A DNA stretch of 33,276 nucleotides from Clostridia bacterium. GTDB taxonomy: Bacteria; CBDUZB01; JAGLHV01. The translations under genes were made by a program, and so were the position numbers. The notes under the pieces were generated by a model. That model saw only the letters and a list, made by a program, of their open reading frames with translations. It made no database searches and was not told where the DNA came from. Below, piece after piece: positions 8,830-18,988 of the stretch (position 1 is the stretch's first letter; every line of letters begins with the position of its first letter). The stretch covers positions 1 to 33,276 of the forward strand of contig DAOVVV010000027.1 of the NCBI GenBank assembly GCA_030637025.1, given 5' to 3'.

Positions 8830-9456
8830 ATGGGGGAGAGCAGTATTTTCATTTATTTTATATTAGTTTTATTTTTAAGTTATGTGTTGGGTTCTCTTCC
8901 TAATGCATATTTAATGGGAAAATGGATAAAAGGAATAGATCTTCGCCAATATGGTAGTGGAAATGTAGGATTTACCAATTTGTATCGAGTAACCGGTTTT
9001 AAACCCGCAATAATTGTGCTCTTAGTAGATATATTAAAAGGTTTGATTCCGGTGCTGGTAGGGCTTTATTTATTCGCAATTTATCCTAATGCTCGAATTA
9101 TGGCAATTTTTTTTGGCATGGCTGCTATTATAGGACATAATTGGAGTATTTTTTTAAAAGGGAAAGGTGGAAAAGGGGTAGCTACTTCCACAGGCGTTTT
9201 TTTAGCTTTAATTCCAATACCGACAGTATGTGCATTTATTATTTTTGTAATAATAGTTTTTTTTACTCATTATATATCCTTAGGTTCTATTTTGGGAAGC
9301 ATTTCTTTGCTTTCGGTTGCTTATTTGAGAAAAGAGCCCCAGGAATCGATTATTTTTGCTGTTATAGTGGTTATTTTAATTATCATTAAACATCATCCTA
9401 ATATAAAGAGATTATTAAATAAAAACGAAAATAAATTTAATTTATTTAAAAAGTAA
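8830..9456 (+). CDS. plsY: Glycerol-3-phosphate acyltransferase PlsY
   Basis: YVLGSLP, GSGNVGFTN, DILKG, GHNWS, GGKGVATSTG, KHHPNIKRL. Confidence 0.96.
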   Translation: MGESSIFIYFILVLFLSYVLGSLPNAYLMGKWIKGIDLRQYGSGNVGFTNLYRVTGFKPAIIVLLVDILKGLIPVLVGLYLFAIYPNARIMAIFFGMAAIIGHNWSIFLKGKGGKGVATSTGVFLALIPIPTVCAFIIFVIIVFFTHYISLGSILGSISLLSVAYLRKEPQESIIFAVIVVILIIIKHHPNIKRLLNKNENKFNLFKK

Positions 9457-9460
9457 AAAA

Positions 9461-10492
9461 ATGAAAGAAAAAATATCTATTTTAGGTGCAGGCTCTTGGG
9501 GTATAACTTTAGCTGTTCTTTTATTTAAAAAGGGATTTGATATTACGCTGTGGGAATTTAATAAAACCCAGTCGCAATTACTTGACCAAAAACGGGTTTT
9601 GGATTTTTTACCTCAAGTAATAATCCCAAAGGAAATTTTGATAACTTCTGATTTAGAAATTGCTTGTAAGGAAGCAGAAGTTATTGTTTTTGCTGTTCCT
9701 TCTCAAGTGATGAGAGAAGTGGCTAAAAAAGTATCTAATTTCAAAAAATCCGAAAAATATATTGCAGTTAGTGCCTCAAAGGGTTTTGATTTGGAATCAC
9801 TTAAACGAATGTCTGAGGTGTTAGAAGAAGAATTAAATGCTGATTCACAAGCGGAAATTGCTGTTTTGTCCGGTCCCAGCCATGCAGAAGAAGTAAGCAA
9901 AGGGATTCCTACAGCAATAGTAGTGGCGAGTAAAAATATGACTACGGCCAAATTTTTACAAAAGGTTTTTATGACTTCGTTATTTCGAGTTTATACCAGT
10001 AAAGACCTGATAGGGGTAGAAATAGGAGGAAGCTTAAAAAACGTTGTTGCTCTGGCTTGTGGAATAAGTGACGGGTTGGGATTGGGTGATAATACTAAAG
10101 CAGCTTTAATGACGCGTGGATTGGTAGAAATAAGGCGTTTAGGAGTAAAAATGGGGGCTAACCCTTTTACTTTTTCAGGCCTTTCCGGAATGGGTGACTT
10201 AATAGTTACCTGTATGAGTAAACACAGTCGAAATCGCAATTTAGGTGAAAAAATAGGGCAGGGGAAGTCTTTAAAAACAGCTTTACAAGAGATAGTGATG
10301 GTAGCCGAAGGAGTACCCAGTACCTGTTCTGCTTATAAATTAACTAAAGAGCTTGATATTTCCTTGCCGATAACCAAAGAGGTATATCAAGTTTTATTTG
10401 AAGATAAAAACCCTAAAATAGCAATTAAAAACTTAATGGAAAGAAAACCAAAATCTGAGTTAGAAATAGAAAAAAACATAGAGAGTGAATAA
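9461..10492 (+). CDS. gpsA: NAD(P)H-dependent glycerol-3-phosphate dehydrogenase
   Basis: GAGSWG, LSGPSHAEEV, GSLKNV, GDLIVTC, SRNR, AEGV. Confidence 0.97.
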   Translation: MKEKISILGAGSWGITLAVLLFKKGFDITLWEFNKTQSQLLDQKRVLDFLPQVIIPKEILITSDLEIACKEAEVIVFAVPSQVMREVAKKVSNFKKSEKYIAVSASKGFDLESLKRMSEVLEEELNADSQAEIAVLSGPSHAEEVSKGIPTAIVVASKNMTTAKFLQKVFMTSLFRVYTSKDLIGVEIGGSLKNVVALACGISDGLGLGDNTKAALMTRGLVEIRRLGVKMGANPFTFSGLSGMGDLIVTCMSKHSRNRNLGEKIGQGKSLKTALQEIVMVAEGVPSTCSAYKLTKELDISLPITKEVYQVLFEDKNPKIAIKNLMERKPKSELEIEKNIESE

Positions 10493-10712
10493 AATGTGTG
10501 AAATTTGTAATAAAGAAAGTGAAAAATTAACTTTTTGTCCCTTATTCGGTGGAAAATTAATTTGTTTACGATGTTGTTTTTCCATTTCCACAGGAGACCC
10601 CCGGATGCTTAAAAAGATAAAATCAAAAACAAACCTGCTCAAGCATGTTGTCTTAAAAAAATGCCGAATTTGCATTGAAAAAGCCGGTACTGCAATAGAG
10701 ATTGAGAAATAA
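10485..10712 (+). CDS. Small Cys-rich hypothetical protein, possible zinc-binding
   Basis: GTG start overlapping the gpsA end; CEIC...CPLFGGKLICLRCC...CRIC (8 Cys in 75 aa). Confidence 0.7.
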   Translation: MNKMCEICNKESEKLTFCPLFGGKLICLRCCFSISTGDPRMLKKIKSKTNLLKHVVLKKCRICIEKAGTAIEIEK

Positions 10713-11327
10713 AAGCCAACCCCAAAAACTAATAAAATCAATTTATCGATCCAATTATTAAATAGTTCTGATTCCTTTTAGGGGTATCTTTGGAACCTTC
10801 CTGAGTAATTTTTTCTCCAATTTAAAGCAAAGACAAATATAGTTTATCCTAAATAGTAACAATGTTTAACTTTTTATAGGTTAGATCATTGCATACTTAA
10901 AGTAATTTATTAGATACAATACCAAAAGATATTGTATTATTTAGAATACACTTATTTTTTAATAATTTACTTTAACATGGTTTTTGTTTGAAATTATCTT
11001 GAGAAGTTAACATAAGATATATTATAGGACGTTGTTTAGGGCTTTTTCGTGGTGAAAAAATCAACCATACTTCAATACAAATATTGTAGTTATTGATAGC
11101 CGACGGTTTTAGCCGGGGCGAATTTTTTTTTTGTTGGTTTCTGTTTTTCTGTTTCTTAGCGAACATATTTGAAGTGTATACAAATTGTAGGTGCAGAATT
11201 TACTCTGCTCAAATATTGACCGGTTTAAACTCAAAGGCACAATAAAATAGATGATTATCCAGGTGTAATACCATTCTTCCTTAAAAAAAATGGCTTAAAT
11301 CGAATTGTAATTTCTTATTTCTATAAA

Positions 11328-13541
11328 TTACGCAGACCAATTGGCAATAAAATAATCTTCTTTCGGTTTTATGAAGTGAACAAGATTTCGGTTGGGCCAT
11401 CTTTCTATTTCCAAACTTTCTTTTTCTACCACAATTACAAAAGCAATTTCCTCATCATCCTTTACTCCAATGTCTGTAAAAGAGACGGCTGCTTCAATAA
11501 TTTTGTCTACAGCGACAGACTGAATAGGTTTTATCTCCACAAAAGATTTATTTCCTGAAGATTCGTCCAGTGCCCATAAACCCGCTTTTCCGGGAGTATC
11601 TTTTTCTTGAAAAAGGTTTAAGATTATTTCTTTCTTAGTGTTTAAGAAAACTAATTTAAAGGTTACCTGCCCTATTTTTCCCGAAAGTAGAGGAACAGTA
11701 GTGTCTATTCGTAAATAAAGATTGTTCAAATCAAAGCCGTAATGGAAAGATTTGATAATACTTTTAGTTTGATGCATGGTTCCGCCCAATTTTCCAACAT
11801 CATAAAATCCGGCATTATACCATTCAAAGTAATTATTGACTTTTCCATCGATTTTTGGGCTAAGAAACCCTATGGGTCCAAAAGCAGTCTTAGTTGTCTT
11901 AAATTGGCCTTTAATAGCTACATAAAGCCTGTTAGGAACCTTTTCCCCTATTAATTCGTAAACAGAGATTAAATGTTTTCTAAACAGGTTATCAAAGGCA
12001 TCATCATTTCCTGAACAGTGATCATCTCCGTACCACCAATTCCAGTCACTGCCTTCGGCTATATATATTTCTTTCCATGCTTTTTCTATAATCTCTTTAT
12101 ATTCATCTTGGGGGTGGGTTTTTTCAAATTTTTTCAAATCCTTTCGTGCACAGGATAAAGAATCCCATGCCAGATTATCTTCAGGATGACCGATCCAGAC
12201 CCCAAAATCGTGATTTATCCATGATCCCGGCCATAATTTAGGTAAAGTAGTCTTAAAGGGAAATTGTTCTAAATATTCACTTACGGTTACTGTCTGAAAA
12301 TTATGGTCGGCTGATAAAATTTTATAGATTTTAGTAAGAAAATCCCTTCCGTCATTCTTATAATATTCCCAGCAGTTTTCTCCATCCAGAATGATACTGA
12401 GCAAATGATCTTCACCGCTAAGAGAAACCGTTTCCCATATATTATAAAGGTTTTTCATAAATAAATCAACGGCTGCATCTGTTTCTAAATTGGAACAGGT
12501 AAACCCAATCAAATTAGATATTTTCTTATCACGAAAGACAATACTTAAAGAATGTTCGTCTTTTTTTACTTTATACGGTTTATAAAGAAGCCTTTCTTTA
12601 TGATAACGTTTTTCTTTAGAAGAGAACGAATTCAGCAAAACATCTTCATCTGAAGCAATCCATTGAATACCGGCTTTAGCAATAAGAGGTATTATTTCTT
12701 CCGATACCGAACCTTCTGCCGGCCACATCCCTTTAGGTTTTTTTCCAAAACATTCTTGATGTAGTTGTATGGCTTTTTGTATATGCCATTGAGCATCTTC
12801 CGGATAAAAGAAGCGTTCTTTAGGTAAGATTAGTTTAGATATGGACTCTTTAGCTATATCCGTATCACAAATAAGGGGTAAAATAGGATGATAAAAAGGA
12901 GTAGTAGTTATTTCTATTTGTCCCCTATCCTGTAATTCCTTGTATTTAGGGATGATTTTAGCCATTATTTCTCTTTGTTTACTGATTAAGTTGATTTTGT
13001 CTTTTTCACTAAAATCTTTGCCTTTATTAATTAAATCTCTTATCAAGATATCATTTTTTTGAAAATAAGGATCCATCCATGTCAGATTAAACCATACTTG
13101 CAGGTCCAGAAAATCCCTGGAATTAAAGCGTAAATGAATGTTTTTTAAAGTATCTAAAGTGGCAAATTCCCCTCTTTTATGGAACAATTCAGCATAACGG
13201 GGATAAGGTTCTACCATTGTATTCCAATTGGCCATAAAAAAATTATGTAAAATAAAAATCCGGTCTTTTGGGGTTAATTTTTGAGCTGGTTTTAAGGTAA
13301 GGTCAAGAAATTTATCAGTAGCATTATTAAAAACGTAGTCATTGATTTGTTCAATTAGAGAAGGAACAAGATTAAAAGTTTGATGAATATCGGGAAATTC
13401 ATCCAAAATTGCTACCATATCGTAGTAATCTTTAGTGCAATGTAATCTTACCCACGGCAATACATATTTTCCGCTGCTTAAATCTTTATAATAGGGTTGA
13501 TGATGATGCCATAAAAAAGCAACAGATAATGGTCTGGACAT
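11328..13541 (-). CDS. Glycoside hydrolase family 57 (amylopullulanase/alpha-amylase-like)
   Basis: WHHHQP, PWVRLH, TPFYHPILPL, GMWPAEGSVS (nucleophile Glu), ILDGENCWEYY (acid/base Asp), AEGSDWNWWY. Confidence 0.93.
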   Translation of the reverse strand: MSRPLSVAFLWHHHQPYYKDLSSGKYVLPWVRLHCTKDYYDMVAILDEFPDIHQTFNLVPSLIEQINDYVFNNATDKFLDLTLKPAQKLTPKDRIFILHNFFMANWNTMVEPYPRYAELFHKRGEFATLDTLKNIHLRFNSRDFLDLQVWFNLTWMDPYFQKNDILIRDLINKGKDFSEKDKINLISKQREIMAKIIPKYKELQDRGQIEITTTPFYHPILPLICDTDIAKESISKLILPKERFFYPEDAQWHIQKAIQLHQECFGKKPKGMWPAEGSVSEEIIPLIAKAGIQWIASDEDVLLNSFSSKEKRYHKERLLYKPYKVKKDEHSLSIVFRDKKISNLIGFTCSNLETDAAVDLFMKNLYNIWETVSLSGEDHLLSIILDGENCWEYYKNDGRDFLTKIYKILSADHNFQTVTVSEYLEQFPFKTTLPKLWPGSWINHDFGVWIGHPEDNLAWDSLSCARKDLKKFEKTHPQDEYKEIIEKAWKEIYIAEGSDWNWWYGDDHCSGNDDAFDNLFRKHLISVYELIGEKVPNRLYVAIKGQFKTTKTAFGPIGFLSPKIDGKVNNYFEWYNAGFYDVGKLGGTMHQTKSIIKSFHYGFDLNNLYLRIDTTVPLLSGKIGQVTFKLVFLNTKKEIILNLFQEKDTPGKAGLWALDESSGNKSFVEIKPIQSVAVDKIIEAAVSFTDIGVKDDEEIAFVIVVEKESLEIERWPNRNLVHFIKPKEDYFIANWSA

Positions 13542-13569
13542 ATTTTTTTCTTCCTGAATACTCTTATTT

Positions 13570-13614
13570 TAAAGGCAATCCCCACACCTTTATTCAGGTG
13601 TGGGGATGCCTTTA
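13570..13614. repeat. Strong intergenic hairpin (REP-like or terminator/processing site)
   Basis: TAAAGGC(A)ATCCCCACACCT-TTATTC-AGGTGTGGGGATGCCTTTA: 19-bp stem with one bulge. Confidence 0.75.
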
Positions 13615-13629
13615 TGTCAGTTGTTAAAT

Positions 13630-14127
13630 TTAATAATAGTAATGTACTCCTACTTCTCCATAAGTCGTTCCAAAAAAGGAATTTTCATAAATATCTTCAC
13701 CTAATTGAAGTCCGATTTCTGCCCCAAAACCTAAATTAGGTAATCCACGAAAGAAATATTCTATACCGGTCAGGAATTTCATCCGGTATCCGGTAGTAGA
13801 ATCTCCGTTCCCGGCAAACTCCAAGTCCAATCCCCCACCAATAAAGGCATTTAATTGCTTTTCACTTTTTACAACAGATAATAACTTTATTCCCATAATA
13901 ACATCATGCATATCCTGTCCGCCTCTTTCATAAAAATTAAGGCCGCAAACAAAATTTAAAGCAGTTTTGTTGCTTAACCAGTGTCTAAGGGATAAAGCAC
14001 CTGGTATCGGAGACAGTTGATAAAAACCAATACCCGTTTTTTTCGCCATGTTCTTTCCATAAGCAAAACTTAAAGAAAGAATACTAATACAAATTACTAA
14101 TAATACTACTTTAAAACATTTACTCAT
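13630..14127 (-). CDS. Small outer-membrane beta-barrel-like exported protein (start ATG 14127; ORF track extends to 14175)
   Basis: AAGGAGGT RBS before ATG 14127; signal peptide MSKCFKVVLLVICISILSLSFA; alternating Gly/aromatic strands (GIEYFFRGLPNLGFGAEIG); C-terminal aromatic VGVHYYY. Confidence 0.75.
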   Translation of the reverse strand: MSKCFKVVLLVICISILSLSFAYGKNMAKKTGIGFYQLSPIPGALSLRHWLSNKTALNFVCGLNFYERGGQDMHDVIMGIKLLSVVKSEKQLNAFIGGGLDLEFAGNGDSTTGYRMKFLTGIEYFFRGLPNLGFGAEIGLQLGEDIYENSFFGTTYGEVGVHYYY

Positions 14128-14156
14128 TTTTACTACCTCCTTTTTTTGTTGTTTTA

Positions 14157-14295
14157 AGATTTCTGCAAAATACAATATTCTGTCATTCCGCTCCGCCTAA
14201 GGCACTTGATGCGGAATCTATATGTTTTTAAATATCAATAGATTCCTGCTTTCGCAGGAATGACAAAAAGATAAAAAGCTATTTTGCAGAAGTCT
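14157..14295. mobile_element. MITE/REPIN-like unit: GTCATTCC...GGAATGAC double-hairpin core (14181-14265) inside 16-bp inverted repeats
   Basis: AGATTTCTGCAAAATA 14157-14172 vs TATTTTGCAGAAGTCT 14280-14295 (15/16); related cores at 20498-20596 and 32582-32628. Confidence 0.65.
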
Positions 14296-14346
14296 ATGTT
14301 ATTTTATAGTGTTTTTGAAGACACTATTTTTTACTTTTATAGAATT

Positions 14347-14832
14347 TTATAAATTATCATACATTTCATCTATTTCTTCATCACCTTTTACTACTAATAC
14401 GGGACAGGGTGCTTCTCTAAAAATCCTTTCACTTTCATCGTAAAACGTTTCCCGGCGCGAAGAAGCTTCTTTTAATTCACCCATTACTAATAAGTCTATA
14501 TCCGACTCTTTTATTTTTTTTGTTACTTCTTCATGAACAATACCTTTAATTTCTACAGTCGAAATGGTTACCCCTTTTGCTTTTGCTAATTTCTCAGTAT
14601 GTTTAAGATATCTTTCCCCTTGAGATTCTAAGTCGTGTTCATATTCCTGTTCTTCTATCTGAACAAATAATTTTACCCGCAAGAGATCATTTAATGCTTT
14701 CATATCTACTACGTAGATAGCAATTAATTCCGCATTTAACCACTTGGCCAAACTAATAGCATATTTAGCCGTACCAAGAGAGGCTTCTCCCCCTGCTATA
14801 GCTACTAATATTTTCTGGATGGAATTATTCAT
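14347..14832 (-). CDS. Universal stress protein (UspA family)
   Basis: QKILVAI, AELIAIYVVD, DLLVMG, APCPVLVVK. Confidence 0.92.
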   Translation of the reverse strand: MNNSIQKILVAIAGGEASLGTAKYAISLAKWLNAELIAIYVVDMKALNDLLRVKLFVQIEEQEYEHDLESQGERYLKHTEKLAKAKGVTISTVEIKGIVHEEVTKKIKESDIDLLVMGELKEASSRRETFYDESERIFREAPCPVLVVKGDEEIDEMYDNL

Positions 14833-14859
14833 TTATTATATCCACCTTTCATTTGTCTG

Positions 14860-14888
14860 ATTATACTTAATTTCTTTTTAATTTTCAA
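14860..14888 (-). promoter_or_regulatory. Putative sigma70 promoter for the USP gene
   Basis: TTGAAA (14888-14883), 17-nt spacer, TATAAT (14865-14860); AAGGTGG RBS. Confidence 0.6.
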
Positions 14889-14948
14889 CTAAAATTTTTA
14901 AGTAATATTTAACTTGTAATTTATTGACCACTTGAATACAAACTATTC

Positions 14949-15190
14949 TTTCAAATTCCCAATTTCAAACTTCAAACTTCTTTAACTCATGACTATCTCT
15001 TTGCCATTCTCCATTTGCAATCTTTTGTCTTTTAACTGTCTTTGTTCTTTTAACCTATAACTTTCTGTTATTTAAGAACGATCTGTTATCTTTTCTTTTA
15101 ACTTTGTGCCTTTGTGCCTCTTTTTTTATCCTTTAACCAATTTAACTAATAAAACCAATGTAACCAATGCACCGCCTTTTAACCGTCTTT
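14949..15190 (-). repeat. Mosaic of repeat modules downstream of, and overlapping, the atpD stop
   Basis: In transcript order: AAAGACGGTTAA stop + 9-mers (15190-15133), AGGCACAA 8-mers + GTTAAAAGA (15119-15095), AAAGACAGTTAAAAGA (15043-15028), AAAAGATTGCAA, TTTGAA 7-mers (14980-14949). Confidence 0.8.
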
Positions 15191-15814
15191 AATTCTTTTC
15201 TCTAATCGTTTCTTTATCAGTTTAGCAATAATGAAACTTTCTCTTTCCTGTTCTTCCAATGTTTCCTGTATATAATTTGTTGTTTCTTTATAATCCGGTA
15301 TGGATATTTTTTCCAGAGCATTTACCCTATGAATGGTTTTCTTCACTTCCCGGGCAAGCCGAAGCAGTGAAAGCCGATCCTGGACATGCTGCCCAATTAA
15401 TTGTAATACTTCTTTAAACCGATTGATAACTTCATCCAGGTAAGGGCTGGTTCCTTTTAAACTGTAATAAGGAGGATTATCTTCATATTTGGTTTCTACC
15501 AATGGCAATTCTACCCCCATAATTCCTCGTTTGCGCAGAGTAATGGAAGTAGTTAAATTTACGGCTAAAGAAGCCTGTTCCGCTGATTTTCTCCCCATTT
15601 TAATTATTACCTCTTCCAGGGCAATATAAGCCTCTTTAAGTTCTTCTTCTATCTTTTTCTGAGAACTTATTGTTTTATACATTATTCCCAACAACTCAGC
15701 AATCAATATTTCCCGTTTTTGTTTTAATAATTCGTGCCCTTCCTGAACAAAAGAAAGCTCTCTTTTAAGTTTAAAAAGATTAGTTTTTGTGGGTGCTATT
15801 TTACTTTTAGCCAT
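15179..15814 (-). CDS. atpD: V/A-type ATP synthase subunit D
   Basis: PTKTNL, GHELLKQKREIL, IMGVELP, VKKTIHRVNALEKISIP, LEEQERE. Confidence 0.95.
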   Translation of the reverse strand: MAKSKIAPTKTNLFKLKRELSFVQEGHELLKQKREILIAELLGIMYKTISSQKKIEEELKEAYIALEEVIIKMGRKSAEQASLAVNLTTSITLRKRGIMGVELPLVETKYEDNPPYYSLKGTSPYLDEVINRFKEVLQLIGQHVQDRLSLLRLAREVKKTIHRVNALEKISIPDYKETTNYIQETLEEQERESFIIAKLIKKRLEKRIKDG

Positions 15815-15825
15815 AGATATCTCTT

Positions 15826-17220
15826 TTATTTTCCGTAGTGTTCAGCCAGTTCTTCTTCACTAACACGGTGTAATTCTTCCTGAGGAATAATAGAAAGAAC
15901 TTTCCATCCTAAATCCAGTGTTTCTTCCAGTGACCGTTCTTCATTTCGTGATTGACTTAAGAATTGTTTTTCAAAAGCTTCTCCGAACTCCAAATAAGTA
16001 TGGTCTAAAGGAGCCAATTCTTCTTCTCCGATAACCGAAGCCAAAGCCCGCACAGCTTTAACCTGAGAATAACAAGAAAACAATTGAGAAGAAAGGTGAA
16101 AGTGGTCTCCTCTGGTTAACCCTTCTCCGATATTATCTTTCATTAATCGGGAAAGGGAAGGAAGTCCGGAAACCGGAGGATAAATGCCTTTCTGGTACAA
16201 TTCCCGTTCCAAAACAATCTGCCCTTCAGTAATATATCCGGTAAGATCAGGGATGGGATGAGTTATATCATCGTTAGGCATAGTTAAAATGGGTATTTGA
16301 GTTATTGAGCCGGGAATACCTTTAATCATTCCCGCCCGTTCGTAAATATTGGCTAAATCACTGTATAAATATCCCGGGTACCCTTTGCGGGCAGGAATTT
16401 CTCCTCTCAGTGTAGAAATTTCCCGTAAGGATTCGCAATAATTGCTCATATCAGTAAGAATTACTAATACGTGCATCCCCTGGTTAAAAGCAAGAAATTC
16501 AGCAGCAGTTAAGGCGACCCGGGGAGTAATTAATCTTTTAATTGAAGGAGCATCGGCTAAACTCAAAAATAAAACTATTTTTTCCTGGATTCCCCCTTCT
16601 TTAAAACTGTCTATGAAAAATTGAGCTACATCGTGTTTCACTCCCATAGCCGCAAAAACAACTACAAATTTTTCTTTTTCACCAATAATTTTAGCTTGTT
16701 GGGCAATTTGTGCTGCCAGTAAATTATGAGGAAGTCCGCTGCCGGAAAAAATAGGTAACTTTTGACCTCTAATTAAGGTATTCATTCCATCAATACAGGA
16801 AAGCCCTGTTTGAATAAATTTACAAGGATAATCCCGTGCTGTGGGATTTACCGGCAATCCATTTACATCCATTGTCAAATCAATAATAGGTTTAGGAAGA
16901 TTGTCTATTGGATTTCCCAATCCATCAAAAACTCGTCCCAGCATATCCCGTGAAACACCTATTTGAAACGGTTTCCCTTTAAATTTTACTTTAACTTTAT
17001 CTAACGATAATCCGGCAGTACCTCCAAAAACCTCAACTATTGCCATTTTTTCCGATACTTCCAGCACCACTCCTAATTTTTCTTCCCCGGTTTGACTATT
17101 GGTTATTTCAACCAGCTCGTTATAACCCACATTATCAACATTTTCAATAAAAATTAAAGGGCCTACTGCTTCATTGATTCCAATATATTCCCTATCCATG
17201 TGTTGATTTTTAACTTGCAT
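15826..17220 (-). CDS. atpB: V/A-type ATP synthase subunit B
   Basis: [60 protein letters not shown]. Confidence 0.97.
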   Translation of the reverse strand: MQVKNQHMDREYIGINEAVGPLIFIENVDNVGYNELVEITNSQTGEEKLGVVLEVSEKMAIVEVFGGTAGLSLDKVKVKFKGKPFQIGVSRDMLGRVFDGLGNPIDNLPKPIIDLTMDVNGLPVNPTARDYPCKFIQTGLSCIDGMNTLIRGQKLPIFSGSGLPHNLLAAQIAQQAKIIGEKEKFVVVFAAMGVKHDVAQFFIDSFKEGGIQEKIVLFLSLADAPSIKRLITPRVALTAAEFLAFNQGMHVLVILTDMSNYCESLREISTLRGEIPARKGYPGYLYSDLANIYERAGMIKGIPGSITQIPILTMPNDDITHPIPDLTGYITEGQIVLERELYQKGIYPPVSGLPSLSRLMKDNIGEGLTRGDHFHLSSQLFSCYSQVKAVRALASVIGEEELAPLDHTYLEFGEAFEKQFLSQSRNEERSLEETLDLGWKVLSIIPQEELHRVSEEELAEHYGK

Positions 17221-18988
17221 AAAATGGATCGCCTCCTAATTTATCTAATTGTTTTTCTAATTTATATAGTAATTCATCTAATTTTTCTGTTTCTTCATTA
17301 GGAATAGTTAGTTTCATCCGCATTATTTTGTTATAAATTTTAAGTTTTTTCAATCTAATCAAGGGTACTCCTTTTTTTAAACATTCCAATCCCCAGACAT
17401 AAAACATTACAATAATTTTCAACATTTTAATCTGTTTTCGGGCAACAGAAAACATATCTTCTTTTTCAAATGCATTTTGTTGTAAAAATCCCTCTTTAAA
17501 CAACTTACAGCATTCTAAAACCAGGCGTTGGGTCTCCGGCAAAACATCAGGCCCTACCAGCTTTACCACTTGTTGCAATTTAGTTTCCCGCTGAAGAAGA
17601 TCCATTATTTGATTTCTAAGACTTTTCCATTCAGAATCAATATTTAATTCCCACCAATCACCTATATCATCTATATATTCGGAATAACTATCCAACCAGC
17701 TAACAGCAGGATAATGACGTCCATTAGCTAAATCCCTGTCCAGTACCCAAAAACAACGCACAAATCGTTTGGTATGTTGGGTTACCGGTTCGGAAAAATC
17801 ACCTCCCGGAGGGGATATAGAACCGATAATGGTAATAGAAGCATCCTTTTCTCCCAGAGTACGGACCATTCCCGCCCGTTCGTAAAATTCGGCAAGACGG
17901 CTGGGTAAATAGGCCGGAAAGCCTTCATCTGCAGGCATTTCCTCCATTCTTCCGGAAAGCTCCCGTAATGCTTCCGCCCAACGGGAAGTAGAATCAGCCA
18001 TTACTGCTACATGGTAACCCATATCCCGATAATATTCAGCTAAGGTTATTCCGGTATAGATACTTGCTTCCCGTGCAGCTACCGGCATATTAGAGGTATT
18101 GGCAACAAATATAGTCCGTTTCAGAAGAGGTTTATTTGTGCGTGGATCTATCAACTTAGGGAAATTAATTAATACATCGGTCATTTCATTTCCTCTTTCG
18201 CCACAACCGATATAAATGATTACCTCAGCATCACACCATTTAGCTATTTGATGCTGGAGAGAAGTTTTACCCGTACCAAATCCACCAGGCATAGCAACAG
18301 CGCCGCCTTTAGCTATAGGAAAAAGAGTATCTATAATCCGTTGACCGGTAATCAAAGGAATAGATAGTCTTTTTCTTTGTATATACGGCCTGCCTTTTCT
18401 GACTGGCCAACGATGAAATAGTCTAAGAGGTATAGTTTCTTTATCTGTTTTCAAATGGGCGATAATATCATTAAGTGTATATTCTCCTTCATTAACAATA
18501 TCTTCTATTTTGCCCTTTTTATCCGGTGGAACCATTATTTTATGTTCTATTAAATCGTTTTCCGGAACTATCCCGATTGTACTGCCACCGGAAACAATGT
18601 CTCCTTTCTTTACTGTTGGTTTAAATTTCCACTTCTTTTCTCTATCTAAACTGGGAAGGTGAATTCCTTTTTGAATGTAATATTGATGAGACATGTTTTT
18701 CATCAATTCCAGAGGCCTTTGAATACCATCATAAATAGCACCTATCAAACCAGGTCCTAATTCTACCGAAAGAGGCATTCCCTGGCCATATACAGTTGCC
18801 CCGGGTTTAAGCCCGGTAGTATCTTCGTAGACCTGAACTACTGCTTTTTCCTTATGTAAATGAACGATTTCACCTACTAAATGCTCATCCCCTATTTCCA
18901 CTAATTCCAGCATTTGAGCATCAGATACTTCCTTTAATTCTACTATAGGGCCAATAATCCGGCTCACCTTACCAATAATTTTATCCAA
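17210..18988 (-). CDS. atpA: V/A-type ATP synthase catalytic subunit A
   Basis: TTG start; [18 protein letters not shown]-loop, [33 protein letters not shown]. Confidence 0.97.
   Translation of the reverse strand: MDKIIGKVSRIIGPIVELKEVSDAQMLELVEIGDEHLVGEIVHLHKEKAVVQVYEDTTGLKPGATVYGQGMPLSVELGPGLIGAIYDGIQRPLELMKNMSHQYYIQKGIHLPSLDREKKWKFKPTVKKGDIVSGGSTIGIVPENDLIEHKIMVPPDKKGKIEDIVNEGEYTLNDIIAHLKTDKETIPLRLFHRWPVRKGRPYIQRKRLSIPLITGQRIIDTLFPIAKGGAVAMPGGFGTGKTSLQHQIAKWCDAEVIIYIGCGERGNEMTDVLINFPKLIDPRTNKPLLKRTIFVANTSNMPVAAREASIYTGITLAEYYRDMGYHVAVMADSTSRWAEALRELSGRMEEMPADEGFPAYLPSRLAEFYERAGMVRTLGEKDASITIIGSISPPGGDFSEPVTQHTKRFVRCFWVLDRDLANGRHYPAVSWLDSYSEYIDDIGDWWELNIDSEWKSLRNQIMDLLQRETKLQQVVKLVGPDVLPETQRLVLECCKLFKEGFLQQNAFEKEDMFSVARKQIKMLKIIVMFYVWGLECLKKGVPLIRLKKLKIYNKIMRMKLTIPNEETEKLDELLYKLEKQLDKLGGDPFYAS

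Noticed and set aside
3180-10239. Short antisense or out-of-frame ORFs within the HD-GYP gene, hflX, der, plsY and gpsA
   Set aside because: Shadow frames of well-supported genes, with no motifs.
10460-10741. 93-aa minus-strand ORF
   Set aside because: Antisense to the better-supported Cys-rich ORF and the gpsA end.
10972-11166. 64-aa minus-strand ORF
   Set aside because: Low complexity, no clear RBS, runs through a REP-like motif, no recognisable domain.
14128-14175. N-terminal extension of the beta-barrel ORF from the ORF track
   Set aside because: It starts inside the inverted repeat of the MITE-like unit; the strong RBS and signal peptide point to ATG 14127.
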